This document shows, one piece after another, positions 20,948 to 28,049 of a stretch of 64,000 bases of DNA (its first letter is position 1; each line of letters starts with the position of its first letter). The DNA is taken from NCBI GenBank assembly GCA_965116165.1, contig OZ220484.1, positions 3,250,090 through 3,314,089 of the forward strand, read 5' to 3'. This DNA is from Pseudomonadales bacterium (GTDB lineage Bacteria; Pseudomonadota; Gammaproteobacteria; Pseudomonadales; Azotimanducaceae). The notes beneath the pieces are model-generated. The model saw nothing but the letters and a program-made list of their open reading frames with translations, ran no database searches and was not told the DNA's origin. Both the position numbers and the translations under genes were made by a program.

Positions 20948-22084
20948 CTAGCCGCCCACTACGGCACCGAGTTGAAATATGGGTAGATACATGGCGACGA
21001 CAAGGCCTCCCACCACGAGCCCAAGCACCGCCATGATTGCGGGTTCGAGCAGAGACGTGAGGTTGTCCACCGCATTGTCGACCTGCTCCTCGTAATAGGC
21101 GGCCGATTTGGCCAGCATCTCATCGAGAGCGCCGGCCTCCTCGCCAACCGCGACCATCTGCACAATCAGGTTGGGGAATACGCTGGAGCGGCGCATGGAT
21201 ACGTAGAGTGGTTGCCCCCCGGCGACACTGTCGCGCAGCCCGGCCACCGCCTGTTGATACACCCTGTTGCCGGTTGCTCCCGCAACGGAGCGCAGGGCAT
21301 CGATCAGGGGTACACCGGCGGCGAAGGTGGTGGCCAGCGCGTGGGCGAAGCGGGCGACGACGGAATGTTCGACAATACGCCCGATGATCGGCAACCTTAG
21401 CACCAGCCAGTCGGCCATTTGCCGGAATTTCGGCGACCGACGGCGCAACGTAATCAACAGGGCAATGACTGCGGCCAGGGCGATGCAAATCAGCGGCCAG
21501 CCACCCTGCAGGGTTTCGGATAGGCGGACCACGAAGAGGGTGAATGGAGGCAGATCCGCGCCGAACCCGGAGAATATTTCCTGAAACTGCGGCACAACCT
21601 CAACAAGCAGAATAGCGCTGACGACCAGCGCAACTATGATCACGGCGGCGGGGTAGGTCAACGCCTTTCGCACCCGGGCTTTCAGCGATTGGGTCTTTTC
21701 CTGATAGGTCGCGATGCGATCGAGCATGGTTTCCAACGCACCGGCCTGTTCGCCGGCATTGACGAGGCTGCAATAAAGGGTGTCGAAGCTTTTCGGATGG
21801 GTGCGCAGGGCGCCGGCGAGACTTTCGCCAGCCGACACGTCGGTGCGCAGGGTGTGGATCAGGTCTTTCACCGCGGGCCGCTCGAAACCGTCCGCCACGA
21901 TGTCGAAGGACTGCACCAGGGGTACGCCGGCCCGCAGCATGGTTGTCATTTGTCGCGTAAAGAGAGCGATGTCGGCCGGCCTCGGTTTCCCCCCCTTGCC
22001 GAAGATCCGACCAGGCAACGTGATCATGTGCGGGCCAATGTCGCGCCAATGCGCCCCGGTGCCCGCCATGACGCTTCCAGCCAC
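20948..22084 (-). CDS. pilC: Type IV pilus platform protein (T2SS-F family)
   Basis: 378 aa with two T2SSF repeats ('FTRQMTTMLRAGVPLVQSF', 'FAHALATTFAAGVPLIDAL'). Somewhat shorter at the N-terminus than typical ~405-aa PilC. Confidence 0.88.
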   Translation of the reverse strand: MAGSVMAGTGAHWRDIGPHMITLPGRIFGKGGKPRPADIALFTRQMTTMLRAGVPLVQSFDIVADGFERPAVKDLIHTLRTDVSAGESLAGALRTHPKSFDTLYCSLVNAGEQAGALETMLDRIATYQEKTQSLKARVRKALTYPAAVIIVALVVSAILLVEVVPQFQEIFSGFGADLPPFTLFVVRLSETLQGGWPLICIALAAVIALLITLRRRSPKFRQMADWLVLRLPIIGRIVEHSVVARFAHALATTFAAGVPLIDALRSVAGATGNRVYQQAVAGLRDSVAGGQPLYVSMRRSSVFPNLIVQMVAVGEEAGALDEMLAKSAAYYEEQVDNAVDNLTSLLEPAIMAVLGLVVGGLVVAMYLPIFQLGAVVGG

Positions 22085-22127
22085 CCCAACGCCTGGGCTC
22101 GTTCCGGCAACATTGCTGTTGTTTCAA

Positions 22128-23783
22128 TCACAGGCCGACCCGGTGATGCCCTGTCGTGACGCGGTTGATTTCGGCGAGGCTGGTAACGCCTTCCAATACC
22201 TTGGCCAATCCGGATTGGCGCAAGTCCCGGAAACCTTCCTTGCGCGCATCCTCCGCCAGCCGCAGGGCATCCGCCTCCGCCATGATCAGCCTGGAGAGCG
22301 CGGGCGTGATCTTGACGACCTCATAGATGCCGATCCGCCCTCGGTAGCCGCTGTGGCAGCTCTCGCAGCCGCTTTCCCTGGCTCGGAAGAGTTGGCGGTC
22401 CGTAGCGATCCCCGCATCGGCGAATCCTTCCGCAACCAGGGTCTCCGGGGGCAGGGATACCGGCTCCCTACACCTGGGGCACAGACGCCGGGCGAGACGT
22501 TGGGCGACGATCAGATCCACGGATGTCGCCAGGTTGAATGCGGGGATACCCATGTTGCGCAACCGGGTGAGCGTTGCGGCGGCGGAGTTCGTATGCAGGG
22601 TGGAGAGCACGAGGTGCCCCGTTTGTGCCGCCTTGACCGCGATTTCGGCGGTTTCGAAATCGCGAATCTCGCCGACCATGACCACATCCGGATCCTGGCG
22701 CAGAAATGCCTTGAGCGCGGCCGCAAAATCCAGCCCGACCTTCGGATTAACGTTCACCTGATTTATGCCGTCGAGGTTGATCTCCACGGGGTCTTCGGCG
22801 GTGGCGATGTTTCTTTCCGGAAGATTGAGCAAATCCAGGCCGCTGTAGAGCGTCACCGTCTTACCGCTGCCGGTGGGGCCTGTTACCAAGATCATGCCTT
22901 GGGGCCGGCTCAGCGCCTCAAGGAAAAGTGCCTTCTGGTTGGCGTCGAAACCCAGGCCATCAATCCCCAGCTTGGTGCTTTCGGGATCGAGGAGGCGAAG
23001 CACCACCTTCTCTCCCCAGAGGGTGGGCAGGGTATTGACGCGAAAATCGATGGCGCGTGTTTTTGAAAGCCGCATCTTGATACGGCCGTCCTGGGGTACG
23101 CGGCGTTCGGAGATATCAAGCTTGGACATGACCTTGATTCGTGCGGCGAGACGCTTGCCCAGGTGGGCGGGTGGTTTTGACGCCTCGTGCAGGATGCCGT
23201 CGGTACGAAAGCGAACCCGGTAGCTCGACGTATAGGGCTCGAAGTGAATGTCGGAGACGCCGCGCTTGATGGCGTCCAGCAACATACGGTTGACGAAACG
23301 GACCACGGGGGTGTCGTCGATGGCACTGGTTGTTTCGTCTTCGTCTTCTTCGTTGTCATCGTCATCGAATGCGGCCATGTCGAAATCTTCGAGATCGCTG
23401 TCTTCGAGATCGTCCACTCCGAAATCTCCGGGCACTTGGGGTTCGGTGCCCGCGCACAGCCGGTCGATAGCCAGCATGAGTTTGTCGTGTTCGACCAGAA
23501 CCGGTTCGACATTGAGCCCGGTACGGAACCGGATGTCGTCGAGCGCCGGCAGGTTGGCCGGATCGGAGAGGGCCACGACGAGGTTGTTGCCGTCTTTCAG
23601 CAACGGCAGCAGGTGGTGTTCCCGCGCGGCCGCCTCGCTGAAATGGTCGCGGGGAACCTGGCCGAGGTCGAAGGCGGCGAGATCGAGGCGCGTAAGCCCG
23701 TACTCCGGCTCGCCCCCGGCCGTCTTGGTTTGCAGCCCGCCTGGACGCCTGTCCGGTGTGGCTGGTGGCGAAGAACTGTACAT
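22128..23783 (-). CDS. pilB: Type IV pilus assembly ATPase
   Basis: Walker A 'VTGPTGSGKT' and a tetracysteine 'CPRC...CESC'. The N-terminal T2SSE_N part aligns from 'LLPLLKDGNNLVVALSDPANL'. Start set at ATG 23783. The 169 upstream ORF-track codons are low-complexity and unlike PilB. Confidence 0.88.
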   Translation of the reverse strand: MYSSSPPATPDRRPGGLQTKTAGGEPEYGLTRLDLAAFDLGQVPRDHFSEAAAREHHLLPLLKDGNNLVVALSDPANLPALDDIRFRTGLNVEPVLVEHDKLMLAIDRLCAGTEPQVPGDFGVDDLEDSDLEDFDMAAFDDDDNEEDEDETTSAIDDTPVVRFVNRMLLDAIKRGVSDIHFEPYTSSYRVRFRTDGILHEASKPPAHLGKRLAARIKVMSKLDISERRVPQDGRIKMRLSKTRAIDFRVNTLPTLWGEKVVLRLLDPESTKLGIDGLGFDANQKALFLEALSRPQGMILVTGPTGSGKTVTLYSGLDLLNLPERNIATAEDPVEINLDGINQVNVNPKVGLDFAAALKAFLRQDPDVVMVGEIRDFETAEIAVKAAQTGHLVLSTLHTNSAAATLTRLRNMGIPAFNLATSVDLIVAQRLARRLCPRCREPVSLPPETLVAEGFADAGIATDRQLFRARESGCESCHSGYRGRIGIYEVVKITPALSRLIMAEADALRLAEDARKEGFRDLRQSGLAKVLEGVTSLAEINRVTTGHHRVGL

Positions 23784-24264
23784 GGATGTCGGCTCAACCG
23801 GGTTTGCTTTCGAAGGGTGGTGTTTGGAAGCGCCAAGTATTTGTGACACGGGGCCCTCGGCTCGGCAATCGGCGTTTGACGACAGTTTGTGTAAGCCATC
23901 GACGCTACCGGTGGCCTTCGGGGTATGCGCTCCGCCACTCGACAAACTTCTGCCGCCCGTAGGCGCGCCTGTCGTATCGGCCCCCGCCGGAACTGGCGAC
24001 CTAGCGATGCGGCCATTGCCTACAGCGCGAGCCTGCGATGGCTGAGGCCGATTGTGTCGTTTATCTGGCAGCCGATCCAAGTCGAGGTTGTTAACCTGTC
24101 TCTGGAGTAGGTTTTTCAGGCCAGTGTGCCGTTTTTCGAAACGGGGCACGAGCGGCGGTCGGCACCGCAAGTGGATCGACAATGTAATCAAGGAGTCGGA
24201 ACTGCAAATGAACAGCAAGGCGAACACGGCAAGGCGGCATAACAACGGCTTGGAGATATTGGCA

Positions 24265-24777
24265 ATGCGTTGGAGCGTATCGGTGGGCAATTCCCGTCCC
24301 CGACACAGGTATCACGGGTATGTTGCAGGGTTCACTCTAATCGAGGTAATGATCGTCATCGCAATTCTCGGCGTTTTGGCGGCCATTTCGATACCGTCCT
24401 ATCAGGACTATGTCGAGAACACCAATATGGCGAAGGTGACGACCCATTTCGAAGGGGGGGTCCGATTCGCGGAGATTGAATTGCGCAAGGTTCAAACGGA
24501 TATTTCGGTGGGCCGTTTTGCGAACCTTGCCGCTGCGGATGGTACGGGCAACTACACCCAGGCGGGCTTTGTCGCCTTGCTCAACGACAGCGGCGGCACC
24601 GCTCCGGGTGGCGGCGCACCCTATGTGGAAGGCAGTGGCAATACGACAACCGGTGCCATCGGTGTAACGGTGACCGGTACCTTGGCGGCGGGCACCTGGC
24701 AGGTTGCTTTCGAGCGCCCCAAAATTTACGGATTTGCCAGTGCCACGACCCGTGGGACGGGCTGGAGCGAGATTTGA
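24265..24777 (+). CDS. pilA: Type IV pilin (major-pilin candidate)
   Basis: Prepilin cleavage/N-methylation motif 'G|FTLIEVMIVIAILGVLAAISIPSYQDY'. Divergent from pilBCD. Leader length is uncertain (ATG 24265 gives 22 aa; ATG 24208 gives 41 aa). The mature protein has no Cys. Confidence 0.8.
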   Translation: MRWSVSVGNSRPRHRYHGYVAGFTLIEVMIVIAILGVLAAISIPSYQDYVENTNMAKVTTHFEGGVRFAEIELRKVQTDISVGRFANLAAADGTGNYTQAGFVALLNDSGGTAPGGGAPYVEGSGNTTTGAIGVTVTGTLAAGTWQVAFERPKIYGFASATTRGTGWSEI

Positions 24778-24836
24778 TTTTTCGGATTCCGTTGAGCCGA
24801 GGCTTGTGCGCTGTTCGATTCGTGCAAATGTCGCAC
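24769..24836 (+). repeat. MITE/REP-like family A, copy A1
   Basis: ..TTTGATTTTTCGGATTCCGTTGAGCCGAGGCTTGTGCGCTGTTCGATTCGTGCAAATGTCGCAC. Begins at the pilin stop codon. Aligns with A7 (53223-53308). Confidence 0.8.
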
Positions 24837-24868
24837 TTCGACGCAACCCGGCTTCGGGCTTGCCTGTG

Positions 24869-25303
24869 ATGCTTTCCACCGTTGCCCGTCCAGCATCCAA
24901 CTTGCGGCCTACACGGCTTTTTCCACGGTGGGTTGGGCTGCCATGCAGCTTCGGTTTCACACTGCTTGAACTGATGGTTGCCGTGGCGATCATTGCATTG
25001 ATTGTCACGGTGGCCGTTCCCGCCTACGAGGGGTATGTGCGCAGTTCCCGGGAAGGGGTGCTTGTCGCCAACATTGCCACCATGGAGGTGTTTCAGGAGG
25101 ATTACCGGCTGCGCACGGGCAGCTATCTGAGAGAGGCCGCCAATGGCGCGGCAATAAGGGACGCAATTGGCTGGCGGGCCAAATCGGACGACGGCACGGC
25201 GTACAGCATTGCAACGGGTGCGGGCGAGTCCTATCGTGTCGTGGCGGTCTCTGCCGAGGGGATTCGCGTGTGCGTGCGATACCCGGAAAAAACACGCTGT
25301 TGA
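24869..25303 (+). CDS. Type IV pilin-like protein (second pilin, PilE-like)
   Basis: 'G|FTLLELMVAVAIIALIVTVAVPAYEGY' and a C-terminal Cys pair (VCVRYPEKTRC). Start uncertain (ATG 24869 or TTG 24902). The upstream region is occupied by repeat A1. Confidence 0.7.
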   Translation: MLSTVARPASNLRPTRLFPRWVGLPCSFGFTLLELMVAVAIIALIVTVAVPAYEGYVRSSREGVLVANIATMEVFQEDYRLRTGSYLREAANGAAIRDAIGWRAKSDDGTAYSIATGAGESYRVVAVSAEGIRVCVRYPEKTRC

Positions 25304-25323
25304 ATCCGTTTTGGTCAACAGGA

Positions 25324-25344
25324 TTAGTGCTCCATCCAACTGAT
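25324..25344 (+). repeat. Motif E copy 3 (TTAGTGCTCCATCCAACTGAT)
   Basis: 21-nt motif lying 21 nt downstream of the second pilin stop, in the same sense orientation as the other copies. Confidence 0.65.
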
Positions 25345-25474
25345 GGGACGAACTGGAGGCCTTGCTGGCCGCCGCGCTCGCAGCGCGACAGGATCGTTCG
25401 CGCAAGCACCGGAGTGCAAAGTTCCCACCTTCCAGATCCATTGGAAAGAGGCTATTCTGCGTGGTCATCGCAGT

Positions 25475-25550
25475 GCCGGAATAGCTCAGTCGGTAGAGCG
25501 GCTGATTCGTAATCAGTAGGTCGGCGGTTCGAGTCCGCCTTCCGGCACCA
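25475..25550 (+). tRNA. tRNA-Thr (anticodon CGU)
   Basis: Hand-folded cloverleaf. Acceptor GCCGGAA/TTCCGGC, D arm GCTC-AGTCGGTA-GAGC, anticodon arm GCTGA-TTCGTAA-TCAGT (anticodon CGT), variable AGGTC, T arm GGCGG-TTCGAGT-CCGCC, encoded CCA. Confidence 0.93.
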
Positions 25551-25641
25551 ATAGAAAGGGAATTGTATACTTCCCAATCGATTGGCGCACCGTAAATCGA
25601 AGGTGAGCGTTCGGTGGTTTGCGGGGCCGATCAGAGGTTCC

Positions 25642-26064
25642 TTAGTCATGCTGAATCCGGTCGAGTACCAGTCCGTAGAAAAAATCGCCTTCCGTACCGG
25701 GCGCCGCACGGTCGAAATACCAGCCAAGATGCCGCTGGCATTCACCGCAGGCGGCAATACGCCATTGAAATCCCAGAAACCAGGTATCGGCCGCTTCCGG
25801 CGCACCGGCAATGGCGCAGCCGAGCGCGTCCCGGAAACAGCCGATATGGAATAGGAAACCGTATGGATTGGCGAAGCGATGGTCGTGGCTGCCGTCGACT
25901 TCGATGCGGTCGCCGTTGCGGCCGATAACCGCCGAGCAGGTTCCGCAATAGATGAAGTCTTTCTCCTCCTTCCGCTCTTGTTCAAGCAAATCCCGCAATT
26001 CGGGGTCGAGTGCCTCGCGTTCTGCGACAACACCTTCCGACGACGGCGATTGGTCTCTTTGCAT
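25642..26064 (-). CDS. Bacterial cereblon-family (CULT domain) protein
   Basis: 'FIYCGTCSAVIG...HRFANPYGFLFHIGCF...DTWFLGFQWRIAACGECQRHLGWYF'. Two CxxC pairs and an aromatic-rich pocket as in CULT/cereblon isoform proteins. Start at ATG 26064 (141 aa). The longer ORF-track N-terminus runs into repeat D1. Confidence 0.75.
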   Translation of the reverse strand: MQRDQSPSSEGVVAEREALDPELRDLLEQERKEEKDFIYCGTCSAVIGRNGDRIEVDGSHDHRFANPYGFLFHIGCFRDALGCAIAGAPEAADTWFLGFQWRIAACGECQRHLGWYFDRAAPGTEGDFFYGLVLDRIQHD

Positions 26065-26143
26065 AAAACCCCGGCTAGGGGTGTGCGCCGCAGAACATCT
26101 GTGAGCGTGAACTGTGGATGTTTGCAGCCTATTTAATAAAATC

Positions 26144-26249
26144 GATGGGGACTTATATACATAAGTTGACATGCCACTATATATTGAGGCTTTAGTGGCG
26201 GGAAACCACCACATGTTGGGCTTTGTCAACTAATCGATATAATTCCCAA
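26144..26249 (+). repeat. Structured repeat family D, copy D1 (~106 bp)
   Basis: GATGGGGACTTATATACATAAGTTGACATGCCACTATATATTGAGGCTTTAGTGGCGGGAAACCACCACATGTTGGGCTTTGTCAACTAATCGATATAATTCCCAA. About 90% identical to the reverse complement of 37922-38024. Confidence 0.85.
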
Positions 26250-26304
26250 TCAATAGGTTACCATAGCTCAATGCTGCTCTATCGAATCGTTCGGGCCTTC
26301 CCCG
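26247..26304 (-). repeat. Family C, partial copy C2 (left half), fused to D1
   Basis: Reverse complement GGGGAAGGCCCGAACGATTCGATAGAGCAGCATTGAGCTATGGTAACCTATTGATTG matches the first ~57 nt of C1/C3/C4, then continues directly into D1. Confidence 0.75.
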
Positions 26305-26316
26305 GGGCGCGGGCTC

Positions 26317-27519
26317 CTAAAGCAGGGATTTCAAGTCCGTTTCCGGGTTCGCCAGGGCTTCCGCGTTCACCTCCCGCCCGATGAGCCTGCGGCAGATCAT
26401 GAATTCCCTTGGGCTGTTGACCGCATCCACCGCGACGATTTTGCCATGTCTTAGATGGAATACGGCGAACTGGTTTTGAGCCGTGTTGCCGCGAAGCACC
26501 TCGGTATCGCCGTCGGCGGCAAATCCCACCATCTGTAGCTTGAGTTCGTATTGGTCGGACCAGAACCAGGGGACGGAGGCGTAAACCTTGTCTCCCCCAC
26601 ACATATTCGCGGCGGCGATGCGGGCCTGCTCCATGGCATTGGGTACCGATTCGAGGCGCAGGCGGCGGCCGAGCAGGGGGCTGGGGTGATTGGTGCAGTC
26701 GCCGGCGGCGTAGATATTCTGGTCGCTGGTTCGGCAATGGTCGTCGACGACAATGCCGTCGTCGCAGGCGAGCCCCGCTTCTTGCGCCAATTCCACGTTG
26801 GGGACAATGCCGATGCCGACAATCACAATATCCGCGTTGAAGCTCGTATTGCCGCACAAGACTTGGCGAACACGATCACCACCCACCAGTCCCGTCACCG
26901 TTGTTCCGGTATGCAGGCACACCCCCCGGTTACTGTGCAGTTGGTGGTAAAACTCGGACATCGCCGGTGTGGCAACACGTTGCAGGATGCGGCTTTCCAT
27001 TTCCAGAACACGAACCTTCAGGCCCGCGTCGATACATACGGAGGCCACCTCGAGGCCGATATAACCACCACCGACCACTACGACCCCGAGGCCCGGCGAC
27101 ATCTCCGCCCTGATGGCGTCCACATCCGCGATGGTGCGCAGATAGTGCACGCCGGACAGGTCGCCGCCAGTGAGTTGCAGATGCCGAGGACGGCTGCCGG
27201 TGGCGAGCAACAGTTTTTCGTAGGAAAGGGTCTCGCCATCCGCGGTGGCCACCGTTTGGGCGGTTGGATCAATCGATGCAACGCGCGCACCGGATTTGAT
27301 GGATATGTTGCGGTCCGCGTAAAACTTCTCGGGCCGCAGGTAAACGCGTTCCAGACCGTGTTCGCCCGCGAGGTATTGCTTCGATAGCGGGGGGCGTTGA
27401 TAGGGAATGTGCGGCTCGTCGCCGATGATGACGATTTCTCCGTCGTAACCCTCCTGCCGCAGGCTGGCCGCCGCCTGACTGCCCGCCTGGCCGGCTCCCA
27501 CGATGATCATTGCCGACAC
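26317..27519 (-). CDS. FAD-dependent pyridine nucleotide-disulfide oxidoreductase, ferredoxin/rubredoxin reductase type
   Basis: 400 aa. FAD motif 'IIVGAGQAGSQAA', 'PYQRPPLSK', NAD motif 'VVVGGGYIGLEVAS', 'YAAGDC'. The start may be ATG 27510 instead of GTG 27519. Confidence 0.88.
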   Translation of the reverse strand: MSAMIIVGAGQAGSQAAASLRQEGYDGEIVIIGDEPHIPYQRPPLSKQYLAGEHGLERVYLRPEKFYADRNISIKSGARVASIDPTAQTVATADGETLSYEKLLLATGSRPRHLQLTGGDLSGVHYLRTIADVDAIRAEMSPGLGVVVVGGGYIGLEVASVCIDAGLKVRVLEMESRILQRVATPAMSEFYHQLHSNRGVCLHTGTTVTGLVGGDRVRQVLCGNTSFNADIVIVGIGIVPNVELAQEAGLACDDGIVVDDHCRTSDQNIYAAGDCTNHPSPLLGRRLRLESVPNAMEQARIAAANMCGGDKVYASVPWFWSDQYELKLQMVGFAADGDTEVLRGNTAQNQFAVFHLRHGKIVAVDAVNSPREFMICRRLIGREVNAEALANPETDLKSLL

Positions 27520-28049
27520 AAGCTAACCCCATCCGTCAAAACGCGGATTGTATCTATGACCTGTCTTGAAAATACCCATACCATGCAACGGTATTGTATC
27601 AATCCGAAGGGATTGATATACATGGCTATGCGGTGATCGCTGTTACCGCTGTCGCATGCCTTTCCGTGTCCCGCCCGGTATTCCGGCGACAGGGCGTACG
27701 CGCCCGGCGAGCTGGTCCAGGTCGACCACATGACGTACCGCCGCGACGGCTAGGTTCCCAGGGAGTTCCGCGCCGTCCGCCCAACAACCAGGCACAGGGT
27801 CGCCCGGGTGTTCTCGCGGGCCACGGCCGGCAACGCCGGGTGCTTCCTGGCCGCCATGGTCGAGACCATGCCGTTCCCCGTCGCCGCGAATCCGGCACGC
27901 CCGATTGGATGACTTTAGGATGGCCCTGCCCGAGCCAATACATTTGTTCTCAGCAGTCCGTTATAATGAATGTGGTGAATTAATCAGGGTTTCCCTAGGA
28001 TGGGAGAGCGAGACCATGACAAGGACAAGCACGAAGACGAAGGACGATC

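Noticed and set aside
24100-24264. Sigma-54 (-24/-12) promoter upstream of the pilin gene
   Set aside because: The GGCAC-containing strings (GGGGCACGAGCGGCGG, TCGGCACCGCAAGTGG) lack the TTGC element at the correct 4-nt spacing. TGGAGATATTGGCA has the wrong GG-GC spacing and abuts the start codon.
23784-24290. 169-codon N-terminal extension of pilB in the ORF track
   Set aside because: The sequence is low-complexity and unlike any PilB N-domain. It would run through the divergent pilin promoter region and overlap the pilin 5' end.
27640-27900. GC-rich ~260-bp block between AT-rich flanks upstream of the giant gene (possible gene remnant or regulator)
   Set aside because: No frame on either strand gives a stop-free, motif-bearing translation longer than ~50 codons. 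I could not match it to anything else in the window.
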